Positions 1 to 13,175 of a DNA stretch of 64,000 nucleotides are shown piece after piece. The notes beneath the pieces were generated by a model. That model saw only the letters and a program-made list of their open reading frames with translations. It was not told the origin of the DNA and did not search any database. Location of the stretch: positions 34,968,001 through 35,032,000 of the forward strand of contig OX597816.1 in assembly GCA_951406725.2 (NCBI GenBank). The letters are read 5' to 3'. The DNA is from Octopus vulgaris. Its lineage: Eukaryota. The translations under genes were made by a program, and so were the position numbers. Position 1 is the stretch's first letter, and each line of letters begins with the position of its first letter.

Positions 1-160
1 ATGGTGAAGATGCCGACGACCGCTTTGTTCAAAGCCTCCCTTGACCTCAAGTGGCCTGAACTCTTTACATGAACACCACCCTGTACTTAACTCCATGTCC
101 CCCTACATGACCTTGCTATTTGCTTTTGAGCCAAATTAACTAACTAACTAACTAACTAAC
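1..160 (+). mobile_element. 3' end of a CR1/L2-group LINE (ORF2 C-terminus, 3' UTR, (TAAC)n tail)
   Basis: 1-72 translates ..VKMPTTALFKASLDLKWPELFT*, matching the CR1-type terminal 'FK..LD..W' motif. A short UTR and (TAAC)n at ~137-160 follow. Confidence 0.7.
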
Positions 161-229
161 TCTGAGGCCTGTTAATGCTGGTTAAAACGAAGTTTCTAAT
201 ACCATTTTGACACAACGATTTCCATTATG

Positions 230-1273
230 TTAGCTTCAAGTCTTTTGGCTCAAAGGTACCATTAGCTATCTTCACTACTAAGAGATTCTCTTCAGCTTGT
301 CCTTATATCTGAGCCATGGTCGACCAACATTCCCGTGCCCACCATCAAGCTGGCTGTACATGAGGAACCTGGGTATTCTTTCGTTACCCATTCTGACGAC
401 ATGTCTAGCCGATCACAATTGTGAGTGCATAACGAAGCTCTCAATTCCACCAATCTTACAGTTGCTAAACAATTCGGCATTAAAAACTCCATCTTTTAGT
501 CAATAATCGCAGATTGACCTGCGACAGTCTTAGTGGAAGAGGTCTAGTTGGCTAATGCGTCGTCTTTAGTGTATCCACGATTCTGAGCTATAAAAGAGAG
601 TAGTAGGTTTGGCAGATTTATAAACCTGTATTTTGACGTCAAGTTTAATGCCCCCTCCATTCCATAGGCGATGGAAGAGTTTGCCAAATGCGTCGGTTAC
701 CTCAGCAGGATGGTTGAAGGTTTCATCATAAAGGGAAGTTCTCGAATTCGCTTTACTACCAAGATACGTATATGACTTCACTTCACACAATTTAGGTTTT
801 GCCCATCAACCTGTATAGGGGCGTCAGGAAAATTGTGAACCGTTGGCTTCTGCATGCTGCCCCGAATTTGTTTACGAGTAGGACAAGGTTGGTGGATTAC
901 TTCGGTCTTCTTTATGTTGATGGTCAAACCAATGGCTTTACCTGCAGTGGAAAACCGGTTTAGAAATTACAGAGGTTCTTTTAAAGAGGTCACTACTAAG
1001 GCAGCAGCATCTGCAAAAAGTTTATCACGAATGATACTGGTGCGTTTCAGTGTTCTCGCTTTGAAACTCTGATGATTTAAATAGTCCAGCACTTGTTCGA
1101 AACTGGAATTTTACAGGGCTTTGTATATAACTAAACGCATAACTCAGTACAGACAAAACAGGAGCCATTACACAACCAATCTTTCTGCCGTTTGTAAATC
1201 CGAAGGAAACTGAAGATTCCTCACCAAACACGACAACAGCCTTTATTCCCTCAAGAACAGAGATGAATAACAT
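230..1273 (-). mobile_element. Degenerate RTE-clade LINE, RT C-terminal half
   Basis: ORFs 1025-1273 (NGRKIGCVMAP ~ NGVKQGCVLAP) and 566-790 (YTYLGS..AFGKLFHRLW..KIQVYK..LFYSSESW), plus GRPWLRYKD in an alternative frame near 300-330. Confidence 0.85.
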
Positions 1274-1289
1274 TTAACAGAAACACAGA

Positions 1290-1990
1290 AGTATATAGCA
1301 CTATTATTCAAAACCTTACAATACTGTATAAAGGACCGAAGCTGTATGAATTCTACGCACCCATACAATTATTAGGAGCAACAAACAACCAAAACCACGA
1401 AGGAGGATTCTTACAAATGCAAACCTATATCCAAACTTAACGGAATCATGAATTAAAAGATGTAGAAGACCGAACAGTGGAACATGTCCCCAAATAATGG
1501 AAGTCTCAGAATTCCGTTTTAAACAAGGACAAACATTTTTAATTAAAACTGACTTCACTTGTACCTCTGTAAATCTCATGTACCTCATAACACGTTCTGC
1601 ATGCTGTAGGAACTACATAATATCAACAAGAATGTCTATCAGACGTAGATCTACACAATACAAACAACCAAATCTACCATCCCCAGTACCGTGGAATACC
1701 ACTTGTGGTCACATAGACAGATGTGCTAAGGAACGCCAAACACAACTCACAATATTCCCACTATATCAATGTCCGGAAAGGACCTCAACTCAACAACGAC
1801 TAAATAAAAATTCTACATTTATTGAAAATTACAAATCAGAACTCAAGATGAATATATAACGGAATTTACAATAAAAAAAAAACAACCAGAAAAAAAGAAA
1901 ACAGTTTCACTTCCACTTAGCTCAGAAATATTATGATTTCAAACCATTGAGGCATGATTATCTGAGCGAAACCGGTCGACTTCTGTACGC
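1290..1990 (+). mobile_element. Penelope-like element fragment (GIY-YIG endonuclease and 3' region)
   Basis: ORF 1497-1859 FTCTSVNLMYLIT..CCRNYI resembles PLE 'FTCTSSN(L/V)IY.I.C..C...YIG'. A decayed hammerhead-like GAAACCGGTC lies at ~1968-1977. Confidence 0.75.
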
Positions 1991-2002
1991 AGGAGAGACT
2001 GA

Positions 2003-2048
2003 ATCGTAAGTACCTTGCTTACCAACTACGTTGTTCTGGGTTCAGACC

Positions 2049-2105
<57 letters not shown>

Positions 2106-2310
2106 CATATGTTTGTGTGTCTGTATTTGTCCCACACCATCGCTTGAATCCGATGTTGATCTGTTTACTTCCCCTTTAACTAAGCGGTTCGGCAAAAGAG
2201 ATCCGATTGTATATGTGCTAGGTTTACAAAGTCCTGGGGTCGATTTGTTAGACTAAAGGCGGTGCTCTCGTATTGTAGCAATCATATGACTGAAGTAAAT
2301 TAAAAAATGG
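2003..2310 (+). mobile_element. tRNA-derived SINE family A, degenerate, with internal (TA)n
   Basis: Head and tail (AGCGGTTCGGCAAAA..GACTAAAGGCGGTGCTC) match the fuller copy at 29766-30178. Confidence 0.75.
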
Positions 2311-2495
2311 AATAGCGTGACGTATTAAATAATCTTTATCTACAGATGTCTGTACTTTTTCACTTTATATCTTATTTTACACATATCTTTGAATACATGT
2401 GTGTATACACATATATACGTGCTTATTTATATATATATATATATATATAATAATAAAATGACAGTAAAAGAATGAATTAGACCTTGATAAGTAAT

Positions 2496-3032
2496 TAGAG
2501 TGAAAAAGTAATGCCATTTTGTTTAGGTTAAGTACAATTACCAACACAGGAATATATATCATACATCAAAATGAAGCTGGTCCTCTGCGGATCACATCCC
2601 TACTTCTCAACATAGTCACCGTTTCTCTCAATAGCAATGTTCCACCTTCGAATGAAAACATGTATCCTTGCCCCGTATTCTGTTGTCTGTTCTTTGAGCC
2701 ACTTCATCACTACAGTTTTCACTTCCTCCTCATTGGACTATCATATCTTCGGCACCATGAAAGATGGTTTGAGAGGCAAATATTATTCCAGTGACGAGGA
2801 AATGAAAACTGTAGTGAAGAAGTGGCTCAAAGAACAATCAACAGAATTTTACGGGGCAGAGATACATGCTCTCATTCGAAGGTTTTTTGCTATTGAGAGA
2901 AACGGTGACTATGTTGAGGAGTAGGGATGTGATCCACAGAGGACCAGCTTCATTTTGTTGTATGATACTTGTTCCTGTGTCGGTAATTATACCTGTCTAA
3001 ACAAAATGGCATTAATCTTTGACTCACCCTTG
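2496..3032 (+). mobile_element. Internally deleted mariner (non-autonomous)
   Basis: ORF 2637-2924 DYHIFGTMKDGLRG..WLKEQSTEFY..IERNGDYVE is a mariner transposase C-terminus. Inverted ends AAAAAGTAATGCCATTTTGTTTAG / CTAAACAAAATGGCATTAATCTTT. Confidence 0.85.
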
Positions 3033-4934
3033 CAGATATAGAACACTACAATCAGTAAGTTGTCATAGTAGAACTCAGAGTTTCAAATACCGGAGCTAAA
3101 AGCGTCTAGGCCTTTTCCTCACCTATTTTGACGATGTAGTCTAAAAAGGCGAGGAAAAGGCCTAGAAGATTATATTCTCATTGTTAAGTTCCGATAAGAT
3201 CTTTATTGATTTGTCTCTTGGTATGAAAATATTGTGAAAAATCCTGTTTGTAATTTAGGTATCCTAATTCAATTCATTGTAAACATTTTTCGTTCTTTTC
3301 CACGAATTACAACGAAAGCGAAATATGCTCACTGATGATGTTGCAAATATCTAATAGCAATACTTCTAATTATCTTGCTCCAAATGTAAAGCTATTTGTT
3401 TTAAATGAACTTTTAAATAATATTTGCAGCGAGTATTTTCAATGGAACGAAAAAACATTTTACAGAGGTGGTATATGATATTCAATAAATAATCATATCA
3501 ATATCGTTATCCTTTAGCCTTTTCCTTCTTAGCTTCTACATCTCTTTCCTTCTCTTCTTAATTCATGTTTGTTTAGTCGACTTCTTTTCTCTTTTTCATT
3601 TCTCTTTTCACATCTCACACTCTTCAACCGCTTATTACATTGTCACACTTTTCTGCCTTGTAATCTGCATTTCCCCACGCTTTAATTCCCTGTATCAATC
3701 CACTTGTATTTGATCTGGTTGTTTTCCTCACTTATAAGGATATAATCATTCGTACAGTACACATTCATTTTGAAGAATGTTACATCACTTTCGTTTTTAC
3801 TGCTTTCACATTTCTTATTTTATTTTATATTTCTGTTCGTCTTTCAGACATTACTGTTATTTAATCAACTTTGAAGAAGAATATTAAATAATTGTTTTTT
3901 CCATTCCATTTCTTGCCCATCCGTTTATATAAAGTTTTCTTTATTAATAGTTTTTCTTTTACATATCTTATTGCAACTATGGTCAGAGAGGAACGTTAAT
4001 TTATATTTTCATTATTATACGTGGAAAACTTCAAAACCTAAATGAACAATTAGGTTTATAACTTTCAAACATATACTGAGGTGGGAAAAGGGAAACCTGT
4101 CCAATCAAATAAACAGAAGCCAAATAGAATAATTGCTAAACAGTTAACAAAGGAATTTAAACCACAATAGAAGATGAGTTAGAATTTTAGGACAGGAAGC
4201 CATGCAAAAAAATAAAATGATTTAGTGAAATGTAACCCTGTTTGTAATATGACAAAAATTCATTTCCTGACTAAGGTCTTTCGTGAGAATTCACAGAGAG
4301 GGAATAACTGACTGTTATGCCAACATCTTTTATCTCCTTTACACATTTCTCTTCGCGACAGATCTGTTAAAAATATCTTATACCGTATATAGATATTGTT
4401 AATATACCCACTGCATATGGTCAATCAGGATGCACACGATAGTTTACCAGTGAATATAAGTAAAATATATACGTTCATATTTTCTATATGATGTAGTCGC
4501 CTAATGCTCATGTCATCACTTAAGGTTTGTCTTTCATACGGCTGAGACCATTTGCCGTTAAACCAGACGAAGAAAGAGAAGAAGATCTGGACTTCGATAA
4601 CTTTATCAACATATTGCTAGATTTCTATCTGTTCTAATCTGCCCCACAATTCAAAAGATTCATATTTGGGCCAGCAAATGGATGCGCAATAGACAGATGT
4701 AGGATTTATCTTGCAGTCGTTCGGCGTCAGCTACATTCTCGTCAATATTTATAAATCATAAATCGCTGAAAACCGGACCAAAGCATTTAGAAGATTCAGC
4801 TTGAACTTTTTGTTTATAACATACGCTCTCCACACTGCACTGTAGGACCTGACTGGTGATAGCCCTGCTCCACTTTTTGCCACACTTCTGCGGATGAATC
4901 TTTAATTTAGACAACAACGGCGCTCAGTTGCTGA

Positions 4935-5050
4935 GATTTCAGTTTCCGTCTACCAAATCTGCTCACTAGATTTATGTGGGCCTGGGGCTAGAGTAGAATT
5001 CACTTTCTAAAGTTGCTACGCAGTAGGACTAAACCCTCGACCTATGGTCT
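4935..5050 (-). mobile_element. SINE family A 5' fragment
   Basis: TTTCAGTTTCCGTCTACCAAATC is the reverse complement of the family A motif GATTTGGTAGACGGAAACTGAAA. Confidence 0.65.
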
Positions 5051-5129
5051 TAAAATTCTGTATTTTTCTGGTCGTTTGGATGACCCCGTTCACTTTATTT
5101 ATATTCATTATTTGAAACTCATTAGCGAT

Positions 5130-5960
5130 TAGAATAATTTTGCCATGCAGAATTGTAGCGATCAGCTTAAAGTGATAAACCGAACAGAAGTTTAGCCACT
5201 GGTTGCTGATGAATGCACAAATATGTATTAGTTCCGCGACTTAGACGTGCAAACAGGCGAGTTAAACAATAAATTTCTATCGAACAAATTTTAACGCTGC
5301 GTCAGCTTATAAATTCACATTCCGATCACATAACCACTTGCAGTCCAGAGCACAATCTTTGCAAGCAGTTTAATTTGAAGCACTCGCTTTTTATCGCTTC
5401 TAACGCCAAAAAAGTCCTAACGCCGTTGCATATTCGATGGGCACCTTGTTCATAAGAATAGTTCATAGCTTAGCTTTCTCAATGATGATCTTGATATTCA
5501 AATCGGGTTCTTCTTATATATATCAACACAATTCTCCCTATGCTTTTTCATGAATTGTTTTTAGGAGGAATGTTCTATTCTCACTGCATCATATCCGTTA
5601 TTATCTACACCAGTGAAATTCTTCTGGTGAGGGTGGTAACGAATATTGTAACATTTTATGAAGAATTGTTAGTGACAGCAAGTTTAGCTAGTGCAAAGTG
5701 GAATTCTTGTATTCAGTCCGTCTTACAAAACTTATTATACACCCTGATAAGAAACTACCTCACAATATTCTGATGTTTTTGATGATGCCGCCGGAAATTC
5801 GTAAACATGCAAGTTTGATTTTTTTTTTTTTTTTACATATGCCAGAAAAGTGTGAAAGTGCTTCCATCACTTTATTCACTGCGGCACATTACTCGCAGAT
5901 TCGCAGTAACATTCGGAGAAGTCGGTGTTGCGGACGTTGTGGTCGATTTTCAACATAATG
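5130..5960 (+). mobile_element. Ancient non-LTR RT remnant (probably RTE-like)
   Basis: ~5276-5311 translates SIEQILTLRQLI (RT motif 'IDQIFTLRQI'). Downstream RT-like motifs are only faint. Confidence 0.4.
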
Positions 5961-6287
5961 CTTTTATCTTGAGATATGCTTCACATTTAATACTTAGTGT
6001 GATTGTAGTGAGTCGACTGAAAATATTCTATTATAATTCCAGACTGGCTTCGTGCCATTGGGAACATAGAGATATTAACATGCATGCTTATATATGTGTG
6101 TATAGACAGTTTAATACATGGATAAAATGATGAATGGATATATGGATGGAAGATAGATAAATAGCTAGATTGATTGATTGATCGATTGATTGATCGAATG
6201 GGATACATACATACACACACAAAAACGCATATATACGCAGACACGCATGAGATACACACATATACACATAGACGGACATATATATAT

Positions 6288-6327
<40 letters not shown>

Positions 6328-7391
6328 TCATTGATACATACATGCATTCATGCACACCTACCTACTACCTACATCCACAAATATATACATGCATACTTAC
6401 ATAAATATAACTCCTTGCAAAATATTTTGCAGGGAAAATGAATAAGCTTGTAGAAATCAAACATTATCATGTATCAAATACTGGCAACGTGAAACTTCAG
6501 ATAAGTAAGTCACAATTTCAAAGAGAGAGAGAAAGCATTTACGTTGTGTAACACGGTTTGCAGGACCAAGTTTGACATAACTTTGCAAACACTGAGTCAC
6601 ACATGAGATGTATACTAATATTATTTACATGACAGGCAAGCGAACTAAGCTCTAAAAGATAACCTTTAAACAAAAATATACGTCACTGATTAAATTGAAA
6701 TAAATTCGATGCAAGTAAATGGATATTAGAGATAACTGATAGTGAGACTGTGTAAGCACATTTTATAAGATGCTCAAGACGACATGAAATGAAAATCCTC
6801 CCAGGAATGGAGTTCTGTTTGGCGAGGAAATTATTTACAAATTTGGCGTAAAAAAGTAAATCTACATGGAACAGCAACTGCAATACGTCACTACGTCGTA
6901 GATACCTACCAGGATATATAATAGAAATTCCATGCGAGTAGGTGTCATCCATATTGTGTTCTAAGAATTCGGGTCGGTTTGCGGACGGAATAACCGTAGT
7001 GCAAGTGAATTTACGTTTTGAAAATGCATTCCCTTACAAATCTCCAAATTTCCTTTATATATTGCCAGTAATTTCATATCTGACATACAAGCGTTTTGCT
7101 GAGATAGAAGCAATATCCTGATAGAGAACATTCTAAATATAATACTCTTTTGAATAAGTTTGCTGTCAATCTCTTGCCCTTGTCTTTAATTAATAATATG
7201 TGGATGACATAGTTATTTATCCCCTTCTGAGCAAGATGTAATGGAAGAAACTGTAAATCTTCTGTCGAATCTCTTCAGAAGGTACACTTGAAAGTAACAA
7301 GTTCATGAAATCAACAACTAGACAAGTGATGGCTGGTTAAACTAACGCCAGAGATTATAAACGAGGGGACGGTTCCTTCCAGCATATGTAC

Positions 7392-7441
<50 letters not shown>

Positions 7442-7450
<9 letters not shown>

Positions 7451-7588
7451 TTAGAGATAAAACCACTATTAGGCAAATCAAACAGTGAAAAACACAAGCC
7501 AATACATAAAATTAATTAAAAAATATAAAAGTTAAAATTTAAAAAATTATTTAAATAATTTAAACTTATAAATTTTAAATATATATAT

Positions 7589-7668
<80 letters not shown>

Positions 7669-8049
7669 ATTTTTATATTTATATATTATTTTATTTATTA
7701 ATTTATTTAATTTTTTTATTTTTTATATTTTATAATATAAATATTAAAAGTATTAAAAGTTTAACTTTTTATCTTTTATTAAACTTTTAATACTTTTGAT
7801 ATTTATATAATAAAATAAATTTAAAAAATTAATAAATAAATAAAATAATATATAAGTATAAAAATATACATACATACACACATATATATATATATATTTG
7901 TATATATATATTTAAAATTTATAAGTTTAAATTATTTAAATAATTTTTAAAATTTTAACTTTTATATTTTTAAATTAATTTTATGTATTGGCCTATGTTT
8001 TTCACTGTTTGATTTGCCTAATAGTGGTTTTTATCTCTAATTTAATATA
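7442..8049. repeat. ~600-bp foldback palindrome
   Basis: 7442-7764 is the near-perfect reverse complement of 7779-8049 (e.g. TTAGAGATAAAACCACTATTAGGCAAATCAAACAGTGAAAAAC), with a 14-nt spacer. Confidence 0.95.
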
Positions 8050-8799
8050 ATATAATATATTTATACTATAAAATTGGATTTAATCCTAAATCTAATTTTT
8101 CCCTGTAAGTTTGGATTTATTCACTAATATTATTGTTATATATATATATATATATATATATAACATATATATTATTTCTGAACATGTCAAATCATGTTAA
8201 TAACAAGCAAACCACATAAAACATATCTTCGAAATGACTGCATAAGATTATGTACAGAATGAACAAAGGGTTGTCAACATGAGAATGTGGAAGAACAATT
8301 TGTACTCTGATCAACTCACTGAAAATACTTTACAAGTATTAGGAATTGAAAATCGCACGGCGTAACGAGTGGTCATGACCAATGCACCGGGATTTTAGTT
8401 CTGTGATCCGTCATAAATTTAGAGTAAAAAATCACATGTAACAACACAAATCTTATGCGTATTTATAACAATTTCTGTTGATCACTTAACCAGGATTGAT
8501 TAGTGCAACTCTGAATAATGTAACGTAAATTATATTTTCAGCACTATTGGTGAGATATTAATATATCCGTATATAGAAATAGACATTACCATTGAAATCT
8601 GTGCAGCGCCGGAGGGTAAAATAATATGTTTATGCTGATGTAATAGACATATTTCCAGCCTTGATAATTACCGAGGAATAGGGAGCCTGGGGAAACTCAG
8701 TTCTACACTACCGAGATTTAGTATTTCCTCCTATCACTTCTGCAATTACAAATTCTTCGCTTACACCATGAGGCATATATGTTAGGTTGTCGAGAAAGT

Positions 8800-9218
8800 T
8801 GTTGCGGTTTTTAAACTTTAAATTCAGATGCACATATCTCGTCTTCAACACAACTATGTTACTCGGAATAAACACCATCAGAATCAACACAATTTTGCCA
8901 ACGCGAAACAAGTTTATTTATGCCGCCAGTGGCCTAAGCATCCTGCGTTCTGGTGTTGATGAAGTCATTGAAGGCATGTTTGGCATCACTATGGTTTTTT
9001 AAGCATTTCTCACGCAGGAATTTGCCGAGATGCTTCAAAAAGTGGTAGTCGGTAAGCAAGAGGTCTGGTGAGTATGGTGGATGATGCAGAGTTTCGTAGC
9101 CAAATTCGTTCAACTTCTACAGGGTCAGTTGTGCGACGTGCGGCTGAGCGTTGTAGTGGAGAAGAATTGGTCCTTTTCTATTGACCTATTCTGGCTGTTC
9201 TCGGAGTTTCTTATGCAT
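8800..9218 (-). mobile_element. Mariner transposase 3' fragment (SETMAR/Hsmar1-like)
   Basis: Minus-strand translation NRKGPILLHYNAQPHV..HPPYSPDLLLTDYHFLKHL..GINKLVSRWQNCVDSDG, with internal stops. Confidence 0.9.
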
Positions 9219-10028
9219 GGAAAATGGAATGCTCCTACACTGCTATAGAGAATCATCTTCACTTGATGGCAAAGGTTCAGAAGTATGGAACATGGTTAAG
9301 TGACAACAAAAATCAACGAGCCACAATCTTCGCTGGATTGCTTGCTTGTCACTTCTCAACTCATCGACACAAGCAACGATTCCTTTACAGAATCGTTACT
9401 GACAACGGCAAATTGTGCCTGTACATCAATATGAAGCAGCATAAGGAATGGCTTCGACCCGGTAAACAAGAGATCCACGTGTGAAACAAGATCTTCATCC
9501 GCGTAAAACAATGTTGTGCATATGGTGGGACTGGGAAGGGATGATCCATTACGAATTGCTTGAACAGAACCAAACGGTCAACGAGGAACTATGTTCAACA
9601 GATGGAACGGCACAACACGGCAGTTCAAGAGAAAAGGTCCAATCGGCAGCATGCTGCACGACAACGCCCTCCCTCATATCGCCAATATGACCAAGGAAGC
9701 CATTCGAACGCGTAGCTGAGAAGTGCTGCCACACCCGCCGCGCTCTCCTGATTTGGCACCAACGGATTTCTACCTCTTTCGATCTCTTGCAAATGCTACG
9801 CGCGGAATTTCGTTCAATGCTTATGCAGAATTGACAGCTTGGTTGGATTAATTTTTCGAGTGGAAATCGGGTGATTTCTACCAACGAGGTATCGAAAATA
9901 TTGTTGAACGTTGAGTACAAGTTCTAAACAACAAGGGTGAATACATTATTGATTAATGGTTATCTTTAATTAAACCTTAAATAAAAATTAATTTTAAAAC
10001 ACTGCGCGAACGTAGTTGCCACACTCAC
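9219..10028 (+). mobile_element. Second mariner family, 5'-truncated transposase pseudogene
   Basis: ORFs 9224-9484 (RFLYRIVTD..LYIN) and 9481-9690 (LHPRKTMLCIWWDWEGMIHYELL), then SPDLAPTDFYLF and GEYIID* near 9955. Confidence 0.9.
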
Positions 10029-10031
10029 TCA

Positions 10032-10094
<63 letters not shown>

Positions 10095-10096
<2 letters not shown>

Positions 10097-10620
10097 GTTT
10101 ATATTCTGTTAAGGACGTGGTAGAGTACAGTATAATGCCCGTCCCCCTTCAGAATTACCCAGTACTATCGGTAGTATTATTACATACTACTAATTTTAAA
10201 TTTGGGCATTCGCCGTGTGTGATAATAGAAGTCAAGAAGGACTACGGTTGGACATTTTAATTATTCACTACAATTGTTTCGACGCAACGTTGTTCTCCAA
10301 GAATACAAGTATTTGTTTATGCATTTATTTGTTTGCATAATGAGATATTGTTGTGTTTCCTCAGGCGATATATGAGTGTTGTCTCCGTTAGTTTATAATC
10401 ATCGACTTCATGGTCATCTCTTTTCGTCGTGGTTTCAATTTAGTAGCAGCTATTAGACAAATGTTGTGTACTGTGACAGCACGTTTGTCGAACTGCTATG
10501 AATACCGTCTGACATTTAAATGGTATTGATCTTCTATTTGGTTGCATCTTTGATTTGTTCTTCATGGTTGGTTACACGTGTGAATTTCTTAAGCTGACCT
10601 TTAGTATTCAGTGGTCGGAT
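10095..10620 (-). mobile_element. Probable Penelope-like 3' fragment ending at (TA)n
   Basis: Contains a hammerhead motif. A PLNTK-like GIY-YIG C-terminal remnant lies near 10600, and the fragment abuts (TA)n at ~10060-10093. Confidence 0.5.
10265..10368 (-). ncRNA. Type I hammerhead ribozyme-like motif
   Basis: UCGC-CUGAGGA-AACACAAC..GUUGCGUC-GAAAC-AAUU-GUA-GUGA: intact core, palindromic stem III ACAAUUGU, 4-bp stem I, long stem II. Confidence 0.65.
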
Positions 10621-10760
10621 GCATACTCACATATACACAAAGACGCACGCACACTCTCGCACAAACCTATATATATGCCTACATACACACGTACATGTAC
10701 TCTTTAATTATATATATACGTACATATATATATATTTACATATATATATATATATATTAC

Positions 10761-10819
<59 letters not shown>

Positions 10820-11917
10820 AACATCCCTATACGAATGTATATATTCATGTATGTAAATATAAGGGAGAGGTATACATAAACCAAGATGGTGTTCTATATA
10901 TTTGATATTTCTAACGAACATTTATACTATCGATTGTCTAGATCGACGGATAATAACAAGCTATTGAATACAATTTATAAGATATATATGATAATATCAA
11001 TGAAAAACTGCATCATATGTCAGTATTGAACTATATCAACCCTTTCTGAAGAAACGATGTTTGGTTGATAAAAGCGAATATTTTTTGATAGATTTTATTT
11101 CATAATTTTCTATTCTTTATCGATCTAGATAATCTATGTCAGAAATTTATATGAAGTAAAAGAAATATCAACTTCAGGCTGACATCATTTATTCTTGCTA
11201 TACATTTTCTTCTTTATCTGGCTTTATTGGTTGCCCGATCTGTTAGCAGTCATATACCACAGATGATATAACATGGATTATATCAATAGGCACTGCTCAT
11301 ATATATACACAAATTTTGGGGATGTAATTTCCTCGCAAGGGATTTTTAATAGCATTATCCAGATGCCCTTATTTATTTGCATTTCTCAATCTAATCCTTT
11401 GAGTATTACTCCGCTCACGATAAGTTTCAAGTCTCTTTATCCCATCTTCCTCCCATAAACATTTACAAATATATTATAAATATATGTTTCAAATGCATTT
11501 GATGTTTTAGCAACATTTCAACGATCAATATTAGCTAAAGTCCAACGATCAATATCTTATTGCATGCAATCTGCGGTCTAGAAAGCTGTTATTTAAGTTT
11601 GAAGATTTCAAAACCGTCCTCAAATTAGGTATTTCGTAATACAAGACCAGAAAATGTCTTGCTTTTCCCTGAATATACCCGGCAATATATAATATATTAT
11701 ATCTATAATCGTTCGAAAGTTGATTATTCCAACATACTGTCGGATTGAAACATGCGCAAAATATTTTCGTATATTTTGTTTGTTTTGTTGAGCCGGTTCC
11801 TTTTATATTTATTCTTAGAGGTATCGTTTTTACTTTGCATTACTTTACCATTGTGAAACAAATAAAATGAACCGAGCATCTGTTATATTTTCCTTCTCCA
11901 CTTTCTTTTATTAACCT

Positions 11918-11973
<56 letters not shown>

Positions 11974-12390
11974 TGAAAAGAGGCTAAGAATACATGCAGA
12001 TCAAAAGTTATTCTTAAAATGTAAATGTAAAGGTGGAAACAAGCTGAATGTATCTTTCGAGATTGTTTTATTGATTAATTTAAAAAATATATTACCAGTT
12101 TTTGTGTGCATGCCTACCATTATCAAATATTAAGAATTGAAAGTAAAAAATTAACGAAAAAAAAATATTATCCTCATTTTGGTAAATTTCACGACCTATT
12201 TAGAATTTTAACTTAGAGTCTCTTGTAATATATGTTGTCTATGTAGGAGTCTGGAATGGCGTTCAAGGGCTAAAGTTTCACAAATCCTATTAATCATAGG
12301 ATGTATATACTCTTTTGAATTGAATAGCAAGCTTTATTCAGAGCATAGATAGTTAGGTATGTGTATATGCGTGCGCGCAAAAGTGTGTGT

Positions 12391-12439
<49 letters not shown>

Positions 12440-12727
12440 TGTGTATGGGTGTGTGTGTGTGTCTATATTTCGTTTTTGTTTTGGTATGTGCTGATTTGGG
12501 GAACGAGTTATATCTATGTCAAATTATCTTTTATTATTTTTTTATTGAGAAAATTGTCAGATACATTTGTACTGCGTTTTTGTTTGTTTCTATGTTTGCA
12601 TCTCTGATGTTATTTTTAATCTTTTATATAAATGAAGATATTTCCTTCGTTTTGATGCTTTTCTTTCAACAAAGAAAAGATAAATAAAAATGCCGGAAGT
12701 GTTATTTTAACGAGTTGTATTTATTTA

Positions 12728-12832
12728 GCACTGAAGGAGATACATCTGTACAACCGGATGTTCCTGAACAAGTTATTAAGTGTCGCGCTCATGACGGTTC
12801 GATGCTAGATTTTTCGAAACAATTGTCGTGAT
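12728..12832 (+). ncRNA. Degenerate type I hammerhead-like motif
   Basis: CUGAAGGA..extended stem II (AACCG/CGGUU, AUCU/AGAU)..C-GAAAC-AAUU-GUC-GUG. It shares GAAACAATTGT with the 10265 motif. Confidence 0.5.
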
Positions 12833-12871
12833 GAATAATAAAAATTCTCGTATAATCGCCATTAATAAAAA

Positions 12872-12874
12872 TAT

Positions 12875-12961
<87 letters not shown>

Positions 12962-13038
12962 TATGTGTATGTATATATGTATATTTATAGATATAGATAT
13001 AGTTATATACATATATATAGACATATATATATATATAT

Positions 13039-13072
<34 letters not shown>
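12872..13072. repeat. (TA)n-rich microsatellite (one of many in the window)
   Basis: Direct reading of the sequence. Confidence 0.95.
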
Positions 13073-13075
<3 letters not shown>

Positions 13076-13175
13076 TAAAAATGGTAAGATAACAAAAGAA
13101 AAAAAGAGACCTCGATATTATATAAAAGGAGGAATTTATCTGTAAATTTAATATGAGACAATTATTCGGTAGCCA

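Noticed and set aside
3331-3435. CTGATGA followed by a TTGCAAATA/TATTTGCAG stem
   Set aside because: The required GAAA and stem III are absent, so it is not called a hammerhead.
5987-6441. Cluster of ORFs rich in Y/I/V/C/H/T (similar ones at 10611, 12359, 12776, 35070, 59845)
   Set aside because: Translations of (TA)n, (TG)n and (CA)n microsatellites, not genes.
6683-7000. 89-aa ORF / possible Penelope RT remnant (LHGTA motif on + strand)
   Set aside because: Too little motif support for either call.
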